A stretch of 54,975 nucleotides of DNA from an uncultured Gammaproteobacteria bacterium (GCA_913045115.1 CAJWPJ010000005.1:1-54975), one strand, 5' to 3'. Numbered from the stretch's first letter, positions 1 to 10,177 are shown. Program-made: numbers and translations. The notes: generated by a model not told the origin, from the sequence alone.

Positions 1-721
1 CATTCTCAAGCATATCAAGAGTTTTACCCCATGGATTCACTATCATTGTATGACCATAAGTTTTCTTACCGTTAATATGGTAACCTCCCTGACATGATGA
101 TACAACATATGATAGATTTTCTATTGCTCGAGCTTTAATTAATGTTTCCCAATGAACTTTGCCTGTTTGTTCAGTGAACGATGCAGGAAGAATAATAACT
201 TCAATTTTCTTTTCTTGTTGCAGTCTAAATAATTCAGGGAATCTAAGATCATAGCAACATGCTATCCCAGCTCTACCTATGGGCGTATCAATAACTTCAA
301 TTTTATCACCTGGCATGAAATATCTAGATTCATTATAGGATTCTTTAGATTTTGGTAGTGTGACATCAAACAAATGAATCTTATTATATAGCGATACTCT
401 CTTGCCAGTATGGTCATATGTTATCGTGCTAGCCATTACTCTATCTTTATCGGGAGATTTAATTGGAATAGTGCCTGCGACTATCCAAATTTTATATGTG
501 CTTGCTAAGGATGCAATTGAATTTTGTATCTGTCCATCATCAAGCGTTTCGGCGTGCTTAATATAATCATTGTCATTTTCTGGCATAAGTGCAAAGTTTT
601 CAGGCAAAACAACCATCTTAGAATCACTATCTGAGATTTGCTCTATATATGATTTAATATCATATATATTTACCTTAATATTAGGACCAGAATTCAGCTG
701 TATTGCAGAAACTTTTGACAT
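1..721 (-). CDS. Carbon-nitrogen hydrolase, Nit1-like (deaminated glutathione amidase family); runs off the left edge
   Basis: Not in the ORF track. Manual translation from ATG at 721 gives MSKVSAIQLNSG...VVLPENFA...YNKIHLFDV...ACCYDLRFPELFR (nitrilase E-K-C triad motifs). Lies just downstream of yhdP, its usual position. Confidence 0.9.
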   Translation of the reverse strand, partial: MSKVSAIQLNSGPNIKVNIYDIKSYIEQISDSDSKMVVLPENFALMPENDNDYIKHAETLDDGQIQNSIASLASTYKIWIVAGTIPIKSPDKDRVMASTITYDHTGKRVSLYNKIHLFDVTLPKSKESYNESRYFMPGDKIEVIDTPIGRAGIACCYDLRFPELFRLQQEKKIEVIILPASFTEQTGKVHWETLIKARAIENLSYVVSSCQGGYHINGKKTYGHTMIVNPWGKTLDMLEN

Positions 722-735
722 TCGTTAAGAATATA

Positions 736-3717
736 TTAATTGAGGATAGGTTTAAATGATTGGGTCACCCTAATTTCAGGATTTTTCCAAGGACCTTTAA
801 TAGAATACTCTATGCCAGCAAGTTTATTCGTGTCGAGCCCAAACTCTTTTAGGAGTCTATCGTAAAATATAGACGCAGCAGCCCCAATTGGGCCACCAAG
901 GACTGCTCCAGTAACCAAACTAGTTGAGGATAAGTCTGGAATAAATATTAGTGTTTGATCATGAGTTTCGTCAATGAGGTTTGACTTTCCTGACAGTCTC
1001 ATTTCTCCAAAACTTCCTACTATTTGCATTCTTTTCGTATCAGCAATACCATTATCTAAACTGATATCAGATGTTAAATCATCAAATCTCAGCCCCTTGG
1101 AAAAAAAATCTGAGAAGTCTAGAGATAATCTTTTAGGTATTGAGGATATGCTAAATAACCCTAGAACTTGACCAATCGCCTGCGTTTTTTTATCCAATTC
1201 GTTGATTTGACCATTTTTTATTATAAAATTTAGATCACCCTTTGCATTTGAAAATGAAAAATCATCTAAGGAGCCTTGCCACTGTGCTTTTAAACTTGCA
1301 TCTAAGTCCCCTCCCTGTAGAACACCAACATAACCTAAACCTGTTAAGGCTTGTCCGAGATTACTGCTTTTAAAAAAAGCATTGATTTCTGTTTTTTCAT
1401 TTTTATTCCTGTACCATTTTCCTGATGACTGCATTTGCAAGTAGAGATTATTAAAGTTCAATTTATCTATCGAGATATAATTTTCTGCTGGAGTAATGAT
1501 TAGGTGAACGTCATCAAGAACAGCTCTGGATGTTTTGACGTGTTTGGATTTTATTTCAATCTTAGGTAAAGATTGACCTATACCGTCACTTTTAAAATAG
1601 GCCGTATCAATATACTCAAATGATCCTGTGGCTAGATTGATAGACTGTGATGTGGTGGGATATTTAAAAAATCCTCTTGCAAGAGGAGAATTAATATTAG
1701 TATAGATATAGCCTCCATCACTTCTAAATTTGAACTTATGTTTTTCAAGAGTCACAGACATAGGGTAAGATATTTGTGGAAAGTGCTGATACTTGAAAAC
1801 AAAGTTTTTATTTTCTTTGCTAGTCTTATTGAATGGCTCAATGATATTGAGTGACACACCATTTAGATTACTTGTGACATAGGATGTTGCAATATTTTGT
1901 GTGTGATCATAAGTTGTAACTGATTTTATCTGTGTCTTTCCCTTAGTGACTCCCTGAATATCCAAATACTCACTTAAGATTTTTGTATCAAGAAAACCAG
2001 TTGATGATAATATGAACTTATGCGAGGTACTATTTGATCGAGTCATAATTCTTGAAGTAAGTTCATTACTATTAATCGAAAGATTGAATTTGTCTGAACT
2101 AATAAAATTCGAGGTTGTGTAAACATTCACTTTTGGAGATGAAAGATAGATATCATCTGAATGTTCTATCACAAGATTCTCCACATTTGCTTTGCTGAAA
2201 AATACTCCACCGTGATAATAAATATTGGCGCTCATCTTGCCCTCATAATTTATCTTTGTAAGTAACTCGCTAGAGCTTAAGAAAGGTAGAATTTTATTAA
2301 CATTGGAAGAAATTCGGATCTTAAGTGATGGCATTTTTGATGTTTTATATCCTGAAAAGGTGAAATTATAATTCTGATTGTTTTTAAATTTAGAGCCGCT
2401 GAAGTAAATAGATTTTCCTCTCGCGTTATATGCTATTTTGCCAGATACACCATCTGCTACATTTTTTTCCTGTAGATTTAGAGATAAATTACGTATGTTA
2501 ACAATGCCCCTACTTAGTGTCCCGTATATTTTTGCATTAACATTATCTAGAGAGTAGCTATCCTCAATATCAACAGAACCGTCACTAATAGTTAAACTAT
2601 AATAATCAAGCTTGCCCTTACTATTAAGATGTACTTGAATATCTTCTATATCGCCAGATAGCAACTGTGTAGGTATATTAAGGTTATACATTCCTATAAT
2701 GGGAAAATACTTCCTGATCAAATGACTATCATTTTTTTTGATAAATACGCTAATATTTTTTTTGTTATCCTTACTTATGACTATTTTGTTATTTTTTATA
2801 TTTTTGTTATCTATAACATAATTCATTCTCATAAGACTCAAGGTTTCAGATTCACTATCTTTCACAAACAAAAGATCGCTATTGACTTTACCTAGTGTAA
2901 AGATGGACTTTCCAACAGTTAGACTTAATCTATCAGTAGCGATATTTCCGAATGCCCTCGTGATATTTGTTCCGTCTAAGTTTAACCAAATCCGCAGTGA
3001 CATCTGATTAGCCTGCAGTTGTCTTAGTTGCTCAGGAAGTAGAGGGTATGGTACTTTAATAGAATTCCCACTAAGAAATATTTTACTTTTAATGGAGTCG
3101 CCTATAACAACTCCTTTGTACTGAACAGTTATCGGATTAGGGCTCGCCTGGTGCAAAAAGTCTGAATATACTTTTATGATATTATCCTGATAACTTGCCA
3201 AAAGAGTGTTTGCTTTCATAGATAATGTTTGTTGATTTATTAAATTAGTTATTCTAATGTCAGAATTATTGAGGATAATTACAGGTATATTTTGTTTTAT
3301 TTCCAAATTGGAATTAACTGGTAATTTTTTCTTATTAAGAATGATTTTGTTCTTATCATATTTCAAATCAAGTATTGTGTTATTAATTATAATTTTCCCA
3401 ATTGATAATTCCTGACTCCTTAATGTATCTAATATGTTAATGTGTATTTCGCTGCTTGGTATTTCTAACAACATTCTATTGTCGCTGTCACTCATTAATG
3501 TATTTTTCATTTTTATTATCGGGTTTAAACCAATCCATTTAACATCAAAATTCTCTATACTAGTCTCTACATTGAGTGTCTTCTTTAGTTCAGCTTTAAA
3601 GAAATGAGTGAGATCTCTTTTAAGATTAGTTGAATTTTCGGAATACAGTATGACTGTAGTGAATAAGATTAGAGAGATAAGTAGAAAATTAAGTAAAACT
3701 TTGATTGTTTTAGACAT
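736..3717 (-). CDS. yhdP: YhdP-like AsmA-family phospholipid transport protein (993 aa, divergent)
   Basis: N-terminal TM anchor and KWIGLNP; C-terminal GLFSISSIPKRLSLDFSDFFSKGLRFD, GGPIGAAA and YSIKGPWKNP typical of YhdP; next to the nitrilase gene. Confidence 0.85.
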   Translation of the reverse strand: MSKTIKVLLNFLLISLILFTTVILYSENSTNLKRDLTHFFKAELKKTLNVETSIENFDVKWIGLNPIIKMKNTLMSDSDNRMLLEIPSSEIHINILDTLRSQELSIGKIIINNTILDLKYDKNKIILNKKKLPVNSNLEIKQNIPVIILNNSDIRITNLINQQTLSMKANTLLASYQDNIIKVYSDFLHQASPNPITVQYKGVVIGDSIKSKIFLSGNSIKVPYPLLPEQLRQLQANQMSLRIWLNLDGTNITRAFGNIATDRLSLTVGKSIFTLGKVNSDLLFVKDSESETLSLMRMNYVIDNKNIKNNKIVISKDNKKNISVFIKKNDSHLIRKYFPIIGMYNLNIPTQLLSGDIEDIQVHLNSKGKLDYYSLTISDGSVDIEDSYSLDNVNAKIYGTLSRGIVNIRNLSLNLQEKNVADGVSGKIAYNARGKSIYFSGSKFKNNQNYNFTFSGYKTSKMPSLKIRISSNVNKILPFLSSSELLTKINYEGKMSANIYYHGGVFFSKANVENLVIEHSDDIYLSSPKVNVYTTSNFISSDKFNLSINSNELTSRIMTRSNSTSHKFILSSTGFLDTKILSEYLDIQGVTKGKTQIKSVTTYDHTQNIATSYVTSNLNGVSLNIIEPFNKTSKENKNFVFKYQHFPQISYPMSVTLEKHKFKFRSDGGYIYTNINSPLARGFFKYPTTSQSINLATGSFEYIDTAYFKSDGIGQSLPKIEIKSKHVKTSRAVLDDVHLIITPAENYISIDKLNFNNLYLQMQSSGKWYRNKNEKTEINAFFKSSNLGQALTGLGYVGVLQGGDLDASLKAQWQGSLDDFSFSNAKGDLNFIIKNGQINELDKKTQAIGQVLGLFSISSIPKRLSLDFSDFFSKGLRFDDLTSDISLDNGIADTKRMQIVGSFGEMRLSGKSNLIDETHDQTLIFIPDLSSTSLVTGAVLGGPIGAAASIFYDRLLKEFGLDTNKLAGIEYSIKGPWKNPEIRVTQSFKPILN

Positions 3718-3718
3718 T

Positions 3719-4054
3719 TTAAATCATATTTTCATTATTCAGACTTTCGTCCCATAACTTTTCAAGAGAATAAAACTCTCGTGCTTCCGGATGCATGACG
3801 TGAACTAAGACATCACCAAAATCAATGAGTACCCACTCTGATTTTGAGTAACCCTCTATACCCAAAGGTTTGATTTTAACTTTTTTTAACTTTTTTATAA
3901 TATTATCTGAGATTGACTTAACATGACGCGTAGATCGTCCTGAGGCAATGATCATAGTGTCCGTAACTGATGATTTATTTTTTACATCAAGTGAGATTAT
4001 GTTCTCGGCTTTAAACTCTTCCAGCAAGAGGCTAATTTCTTTATTTAAAATCAC
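3719..4054 (-). CDS. rsfS: Ribosome silencing factor RsfS
   Basis: IIASGRSTRHV, WVLIDFGDVLVHV, REFYSLEKLW motifs; follows nadD. Confidence 0.95.
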   Translation of the reverse strand: MILNKEISLLLEEFKAENIISLDVKNKSSVTDTMIIASGRSTRHVKSISDNIIKKLKKVKIKPLGIEGYSKSEWVLIDFGDVLVHVMHPEAREFYSLEKLWDESLNNENMI

Positions 4055-4680
4055 TTATATAAACCATTTTTTTTAATAAATTCATAATTTACTTTGGATA
4101 CAATATTTTCAGTAGATTGATTTTTTTTTATCATGTCTCGCAGTATACTTCCAGATATCTGTGATTTGTACTTATTTGAAAGATGTATTTTTCCAGATTT
4201 AGATTGATTAAATAAATTAATATTTTTTTCTATATAACTATCCAATAATTCAATTCTAGCATAATTGCTGTCATTGTCTCTACATAGAACAATAATACTT
4301 GCCATCGACAAAATTTCGAGATATCTATGCCATGATGTAAAATTATGGAAATTATCTTCTCCCATAATTAAACGTAGGGAACTCGTCTCATATTCTTTAT
4401 TAAAATAATTAATTGTATCTATAGAATATGAAATTTCTTCAGATAACTTCTCGAAAGTGCTGACTTCAAAAAATTTATAAGCTTTTATAGCATTTTGTAT
4501 CATACAGACTCTATCATCAAACTTAGCATGAAATTTTCTACCGATTGGAGACTTATTATTAGGTACAAATATTATCTTTGTAAGTTGATAATGGTCCTTT
4601 ATGTGAAGAGGTATATCTATGTGAGCAGTATGAATAGGATCAAATGAGCCAAGATATATACCTATGTTAGATTGCTTAAT
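4051..4680 (-). CDS. nadD: Nicotinate-nucleotide adenylyltransferase; probable ATT start at 4680
   Basis: The track ORF (4051-4503) extends upstream in frame through IGIYLGSFDPIHTAH. Also YSIDTI, LIMGED, SWH motifs and proA-nadD-rsfS synteny. Start position is inferred. Confidence 0.88.
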   Translation of the reverse strand: MKQSNIGIYLGSFDPIHTAHIDIPLHIKDHYQLTKIIFVPNNKSPIGRKFHAKFDDRVCMIQNAIKAYKFFEVSTFEKLSEEISYSIDTINYFNKEYETSSLRLIMGEDNFHNFTSWHRYLEILSMASIIVLCRDNDSNYARIELLDSYIEKNINLFNQSKSGKIHLSNKYKSQISGSILRDMIKKNQSTENIVSKVNYEFIKKNGLYK

Positions 4681-5950
4681 TTCTAATAACTCCTTTGCTA
4701 GTGACTACGTATTTCAAATTTGTTAATCCTTCCAAGCCAACAGGTCCTCGTGCATGAATCTTATCTGTGCTGATCCCTATTTCTGCACCAAGCCCATATT
4801 CAAAACCGTCTGCAAATCTCGTAGATGTATTAATCATCACAGAGCTTGAATCTACCTCTCTAAAAAATCTAGATTGAGCTTTTTTATTCTTTGATATTAT
4901 GGAGTCTGTATGCCTACTGCCATACTTTTCAATATGATCCATTGCCTCATCAATGCTACTAACCACTTTAACAGCTATAATTGGCTTGAGATACTCCTCA
5001 TACCAATCAGCCTCCTTCGCTATACGAGCTTTACTAAAAATAGCTTTTATTTTTTTGCACCCCCTTATCTCAACACCATGATCCTGCAAAGCACTTAAAA
5101 TCTTAATAATGAACTCTTTTGGGAAGCTCTTATGTATTATAAGAGATTCAGCAGCATTGCATACTCCATACCTTTGTGTTTTCGAATTAAGCGTACATTT
5201 CATAGCTACCTTAAAATCTGCATCTCTATCAATATAGACGTGACAATTGCCATCTAGATGTTTTATGACAGGAATTTTTGATTCAGATGATATCTTCTTT
5301 ATTAGTCCTTTGCCCCCTCGAGGAATTATGACATCCACGTATTGATCTAATTTAAGAAGTTCGCTCACAGCGTTTCTATCCGTGGTGCTTATAAGTTGAA
5401 CAATATCCTGAGGCATTCTACATTTACGAAGAGAATCTTTTATGATGCAAGATAATATCAAATTTGAGTTTATAGCTTCGCTACCTCCTCGTAAGATAAT
5501 ACTGTTACATGACTTTATCGATAATCCTGCTGCATCTATTGTAACATTTGGTCTAGATTCATAAATCATCCCAATTACACCTATTGGTACTCTCATTTGT
5601 TCAACTGATATCCCGCTAGGCTGAGCTGCTTTGTTAATCTTTTTAAAAAGCGTATCAGGGATAGATTTTATTTTTTTTAAACCATCAACCATTGAAGAGA
5701 TTCTCTTATTGTTTATCAGAAGCCTATCAATGAGTGCATCTGACAATTTATTCTTCTCGGCATTCTTAATATCTAGTGAATTTTTTTGGATAATAAGTTT
5801 TTTCTGGTTATCAAGTTGAGAAATTATAGTACTTAGTATTTTATTCCTTTGAGAGTTCGATAATCTTCTTGCTAGCTTAGATGCATCCTGGGCTGCTTTG
5901 CATACATCAAACACATATTTTTTTATTCTATTTATATTCATTTTTATCAA
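4676..5950 (-). CDS. proA: Gamma-glutamyl phosphate reductase
   Basis: VPIGVIGMIYESRPNVT, RYGVCNA, STRFADGFEYGLGAEIGIST, HARGPVGLEGL. Confidence 0.97.
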   Translation of the reverse strand: MIKMNINRIKKYVFDVCKAAQDASKLARRLSNSQRNKILSTIISQLDNQKKLIIQKNSLDIKNAEKNKLSDALIDRLLINNKRISSMVDGLKKIKSIPDTLFKKINKAAQPSGISVEQMRVPIGVIGMIYESRPNVTIDAAGLSIKSCNSIILRGGSEAINSNLILSCIIKDSLRKCRMPQDIVQLISTTDRNAVSELLKLDQYVDVIIPRGGKGLIKKISSESKIPVIKHLDGNCHVYIDRDADFKVAMKCTLNSKTQRYGVCNAAESLIIHKSFPKEFIIKILSALQDHGVEIRGCKKIKAIFSKARIAKEADWYEEYLKPIIAVKVVSSIDEAMDHIEKYGSRHTDSIISKNKKAQSRFFREVDSSSVMINTSTRFADGFEYGLGAEIGISTDKIHARGPVGLEGLTNLKYVVTSKGVIRN

Positions 5951-6897
5951 CTATTCATAAGGTTCACTAACAGGCTATTGAAACTGGTCCAAGGGTTTGC
6001 TTTCCTAGACATATATTTAGAATTTATGTCTAGTCCTGCGATGTTCTTCAATGTGTACAACAGTCCGTCTAAGTTATATTTTTTAGATGCGTTTGTATAT
6101 TTATTTTTTAGAAAAGCTGGAATATATGGCTGAGATAAGGTCGGTTTAATCACGGAGTATATCTTTTCGAGCTCCAAATTAATTAAAAAAATTACATAAG
6201 AAAGTGATGTATCAGCATCTCTCAAATGTTCACTCACCTTTATAAAACCAGCTATATCTTTATTTAAAAGCATATCTATCAAATCATATTCTGTATATTT
6301 AGAATCTTTAGAAGTAAAATTCATTTTGTCGTTGGAGAGCCCGCTCAGATAAATGGCTTGTGAGATTGAGAGGCTGTTGTTAAAGTTTGAATCAATTAGG
6401 TTATTAATAGAGTCGGCTTCATAGCCGATGCCGCTCATCTTGCACTTGTTTGCTATCCACTGTTCCAGTATCTGACCTTTAAGTTCATATATCTCTACAA
6501 CACAGCCATTATTTGAAATGTTCTTATATAAATTAGTTTTTTTGAATGATGCTGCTTGTCTGTCTAACTTAATAATTAGTCGGTCTTGTGTATGATGAGT
6601 AACCCATATGTCAATTAGCTTCTTAATGTTAACAGGAATTGACTTCGAAACTATATTCAATACAAGAAGCTTTTTTTCGTCAAAAAGTGATTGCTCCTGT
6701 AAATTATTTTTTATATCTTCAGTTTGCGTGTCATCGTCTATGACATAGTTTTCGAGTTTATAGTCGAATTTTTTATGAAAGTTTACAATATCGCGCTCTA
6801 TCTCATTACTTATATTGCGTGGATTACCATGAATAAAAAATAATGGAATTTCTGAAGTAAGGGGGAATTTCTTAAATTTAACATAATCGAGTATCAT
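5947..6897 (-). CDS. holA: DNA polymerase III delta subunit (divergent)
   Basis: FIHG, QSLFDEKKLL and LEQWI...IGYEADSINNLIDS pattern; size and position upstream of proA-nadD. ATG at 6897 preferred over GTG at 6921. Confidence 0.78.
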   Translation of the reverse strand: MILDYVKFKKFPLTSEIPLFFIHGNPRNISNEIERDIVNFHKKFDYKLENYVIDDDTQTEDIKNNLQEQSLFDEKKLLVLNIVSKSIPVNIKKLIDIWVTHHTQDRLIIKLDRQAASFKKTNLYKNISNNGCVVEIYELKGQILEQWIANKCKMSGIGYEADSINNLIDSNFNNSLSISQAIYLSGLSNDKMNFTSKDSKYTEYDLIDMLLNKDIAGFIKVSEHLRDADTSLSYVIFLINLELEKIYSVIKPTLSQPYIPAFLKNKYTNASKKYNLDGLLYTLKNIAGLDINSKYMSRKANPWTSFNSLLVNLMNS

Positions 6898-6923
6898 TAA
6901 ATGAATTATACTATATATCACCC

Positions 6924-7811
6924 ATGAATAGAGTTAAAAAAACAAAAGTTGGTTTCATCGGATTAGGCATTATGGGTAAACCAATGGTGATAAACTTACT
7001 CAAAAATGATTTTGAGGTTTTCTTTTACGCCAGAAAAAAGCAAGTAATCAACGAAATTTTAAAGGTTGGAGGTAAGTTTATTTCAACTCCAAGTGATATA
7101 CCAAAACATACAAAAATTTGCATTACAAATCTGCCAAATACAAAAGATGTGGAAAATGTTGTAGTCGGAAATAGGGGTCTCATAAGTAATCTTCGTGAAG
7201 GATCTATTGTTATTGATATGAGCACGATATCACCACAAGGTGCAGTTAAGATAAATAACAAGTTGAAGAAAAAGAAATCTTATCTAATTGATGCGCCTGT
7301 ATCTGGTGGAGAGGCTGGAGCCAAATCTGGAGAATTATCCATAATGGCTGGTGGTGACAAAAAAGCATATCAAAAAGTAAAATTTATTCTCGCCATACTT
7401 GGTAATAAGATTACTTATATTGGAAGGAGTGGTTCAGGACAAATATGTAAAGCATGTAATCAGATTTTAGTTGCACAGACCATTCAATCTGTGAGCGAGA
7501 TAATCTCTATCGCAAAAAAATCAAAAATTAATCCCTCAATAATAAGAGAAGCGCTGCTCGCCGGATATGCAAATAGTAAAATTCTAGAAATCCATGGTAA
7601 TCGTATGATTAAATCTGATTACCGACCAGGTTTTAAGCTTTCTCTTCATCATAAAGACCTAAAGATTGCCAGGACTCTGACAAAAAGTCTTGGACTAAAC
7701 TTGAGAGGATTGAGCCGAATCCAAAAAATCATGGAAAGCGCAAAAAAGTCTAAGCTTTATGAGTGTGATTCTTCAATTATTCACACTATATTAGAAAAAA
7801 CTTATAAATAA
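6924..7811 (+). CDS. glxR: 2-hydroxy-3-oxopropionate (tartronate semialdehyde) reductase, beta-hydroxyacid dehydrogenase family
   Basis: VGFIGLGIMGKPM, DAPVSGG, GSGQICKACNQ, SKILEIHG...PGFK...HHKDL. Substrate specificity is inferred. Confidence 0.75.
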   Translation: MNRVKKTKVGFIGLGIMGKPMVINLLKNDFEVFFYARKKQVINEILKVGGKFISTPSDIPKHTKICITNLPNTKDVENVVVGNRGLISNLREGSIVIDMSTISPQGAVKINNKLKKKKSYLIDAPVSGGEAGAKSGELSIMAGGDKKAYQKVKFILAILGNKITYIGRSGSGQICKACNQILVAQTIQSVSEIISIAKKSKINPSIIREALLAGYANSKILEIHGNRMIKSDYRPGFKLSLHHKDLKIARTLTKSLGLNLRGLSRIQKIMESAKKSKLYECDSSIIHTILEKTYK

Positions 7812-7814
7812 TTA

Positions 7815-7843
7815 TTAGTGTTTTTACATTAATATATTATAAT
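7815..7843 (+). promoter_or_regulatory. Candidate sigma70 promoter for the Irr-like gene, probably leaderless
   Basis: TTAGTG-17 bp-TATAAT, with the ATG 6 nt after the -10 and no Shine-Dalgarno. Confidence 0.45.
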
Positions 7844-7849
7844 ATTTCC

Positions 7850-8248
7850 ATGGAAAGCAAATACGAGGATATTTATAGGAAGCTTAGCGTAACCCCTACT
7901 AAACAAAGGGTTGATTTAGCGCGTCTTATATTTTCTAAAAAGCAACATTTTACTGCAAATGAGCTGATAGCTATGGCAGATAAAAAGAAACTTAATATAT
8001 CAATGGCTACCGTTTACAATACGTTATCATTATTGGAGGATAAAGGAATGTTAAAAACTATAAACATAGATAACGAGTTAAAATTCTATGACACGAACTT
8101 AGACAACCATCACCATCTTTATAACACTACGATGAGTACACTAACTGATATTGATAATGACAGGATTGTGTTTGCAGAGCTGCCCGAGTTACCTAAAACT
8201 TTGCAAATTGAAAGTACAGAAGTACTAATAAAAGCGAGAAATAAGTAA
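7850..8248 (+). CDS. irr: Fur-family transcriptional regulator, Irr-like
   Basis: PTKQR...HFTA...ISMATVYNTL Fur DNA-binding domain; YDTNLDNHHHLY with the Irr-type HHH motif; no cysteines; an ICE box lies in the adjacent operon. Confidence 0.75.
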   Translation: MESKYEDIYRKLSVTPTKQRVDLARLIFSKKQHFTANELIAMADKKKLNISMATVYNTLSLLEDKGMLKTINIDNELKFYDTNLDNHHHLYNTTMSTLTDIDNDRIVFAELPELPKTLQIESTEVLIKARNK

Positions 8249-8249
8249 T

Positions 8250-8831
8250 CTAGTTTGTTTTAAGATCATCTTGCAAACTTTTCTTCACATCATCGTCTAG
8301 AACAACTTCTTTATCGTAAGCAGTATGATTAACTCCAATCTTAACTTTTGAGCTTGATATGAATTCTGCGATATCATCTTGTCCGAGTTGAAAGCGAAGA
8401 AAATGAACTGCGGATGTTTTCTTATCAGTACTTCGATCTAGATCTTCATCCGCATGTGCAATGATTTTTTTATTACCTGACGTTAGCCACATTTGGTTCT
8501 CAATATCATGAAGTTTAAGCAGCATTTCTCTTCTTACTTCAACATCTGGATACATAATAAGCATAGTAGCTTTAAAGTTTGTTCCATCAGGTATAAGTGG
8601 GTTATATGCATCAATCTCTTCTTGAATCTCTTTTTTGTTAAAAATTTTCTCTATTCTTAACATTTCTTGAACTTGATATTTTATCGTCATAAAATCCTCA
8701 AATATAAGAACGATATTATCGCCGACATTTACAGTTCTATTTTTTTTGTGATTTATTAACTCTTTTTTTATCGAATCTCTGTGTAAATCATAATCCTCTA
8801 GAGAGAGAAGATCCTCAGGTTTTAATTTCAT
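8250..8831 (-). CDS. DUF3501 family protein (rubrerythrin-associated)
   Basis: YQVQEMLRIE, AYNPLIP, KTSAVHFLRF motifs; third gene of the rbr-RFO-DUF3501 cluster. Confidence 0.9.
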   Translation of the reverse strand: MKLKPEDLLSLEDYDLHRDSIKKELINHKKNRTVNVGDNIVLIFEDFMTIKYQVQEMLRIEKIFNKKEIQEEIDAYNPLIPDGTNFKATMLIMYPDVEVRREMLLKLHDIENQMWLTSGNKKIIAHADEDLDRSTDKKTSAVHFLRFQLGQDDIAEFISSSKVKIGVNHTAYDKEVVLDDDVKKSLQDDLKTN

Positions 8832-10156
8832 TTATTTATCCCATATGCTTTTTTAATTAAACTGATTGGATGCTCAGGTGCTACAATATTTCCCATAGAA
8901 TTTTCAATATGATGGGCAGCGAGTGAGCAGTCGCTTGTAAAGCTGTCAAATTTAGCCTCCTTGAATGCTTTGGTTATAGGACGTGCTATTTTTATAGCAA
9001 TCTCATGAGTTTCCCTCTTCACTCCATATGTTCCGTCATGTCCTGAACACCTCTCAACAGCATTAACTTTAGTTCCTGGAATTAACTCAAGAATTTTTTT
9101 AGTCAACATACCAAAATTCTGAACTCGTTGATGGCATGCTACTTGATATGAAATATCGCCTAATTGTGTTGTAAAGTCTGTATTAAGGGCACCTTCATCA
9201 TAAAGCATGTTTAGAAATTCAAATGGATCTCGGAATGATTTAGATACTTTCATTAGATCTTGATTGTCTGGGAAGAGAAGAGGAAGCTCTTGTTTATACA
9301 TCAAGACACATGAGGGTATAGGAGCTATGATTAAATAGCCTTGATCAGTGAATTTCTTAAATTTGGGTAAGTTTTTATTCATCATTTCACTAACTTGCTC
9401 TATGTCACCTAGTTCTAGTTTTGGCATACCACAACAATTATTATCAGTTATTATCTCAACTGTTATATTATTGTGTTTCAATATTTCGTAAAAGTCTTTG
9501 ATGACTCCAGGCTCATTGTAGTTATGGTAGCAAGTTGTAAATATTGCAACTTTGTGTTTTGAGTTCGTAACCTGATTAGCTAACTTGAGTTGCTGTGCAG
9601 TTTTCGCAACAAACTTTGGAAGTTTAGCCGACCTATGAACACCAAATTTTTCTAGGATTACTCTAAATATTTTATTGTTATTGAAGAAATTGACAGTACT
9701 TGAAACTATTGATCTAGAAAATATTTTACCAAGCATGTCAGTTGATGAAAGAATTTTGTCGCGGAATGAAACTTTTTTATTCGCATTTTTTATAGCTTTG
9801 CCTCTTAGCATTAAATGCGGGAAATCAATCTCCCACTCATGAGGTGGTACGTATGGACATTTCGTCATGAAACAAAGATCGCAAAGATAACAGTGATCAA
9901 CTACAGATTCAAAATCTTGGTACGCAACCCCGTCAACTTCAAAGGTTTCGGATTCATCTATTAAATCAAATAAAGTTGGAAATGAGTTGCACAAACTTAC
10001 ACATCTTCTACAACCATGACATGCATCTGCAACTCGCCTTAACTCATCTTCATACTTTGCCTCGTTCAAAAAATCTGGATTTTTCCAATCAATAATATGA
10101 CGTGTAGGCCTCTCAAGTCCTCCTTCCATTTTAGGTTTTAAGTTAAGATTATCCAT
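8828..10156 (-). CDS. Rubrerythrin-associated Fe-S oxidoreductase (GlpC/HdrD-like, ferredoxin plus CCG domains)
   Basis: CHGCRRCVSLC, CYLCDLCFMTKCPY, CCGMP and RCSGHDG motifs. Confidence 0.9.
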   Translation of the reverse strand: MDNLNLKPKMEGGLERPTRHIIDWKNPDFLNEAKYEDELRRVADACHGCRRCVSLCNSFPTLFDLIDESETFEVDGVAYQDFESVVDHCYLCDLCFMTKCPYVPPHEWEIDFPHLMLRGKAIKNANKKVSFRDKILSSTDMLGKIFSRSIVSSTVNFFNNNKIFRVILEKFGVHRSAKLPKFVAKTAQQLKLANQVTNSKHKVAIFTTCYHNYNEPGVIKDFYEILKHNNITVEIITDNNCCGMPKLELGDIEQVSEMMNKNLPKFKKFTDQGYLIIAPIPSCVLMYKQELPLLFPDNQDLMKVSKSFRDPFEFLNMLYDEGALNTDFTTQLGDISYQVACHQRVQNFGMLTKKILELIPGTKVNAVERCSGHDGTYGVKRETHEIAIKIARPITKAFKEAKFDSFTSDCSLAAHHIENSMGNIVAPEHPISLIKKAYGINK

Positions 10157-10177
10157 TTCCCTGTTTGTTCTCCGATC

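Noticed and set aside
4051-4503. nadD as a 5'-truncated pseudogene
   Set aside because: The frame is intact through the catalytic N-terminal motif and has a good Shine-Dalgarno before the ATT.
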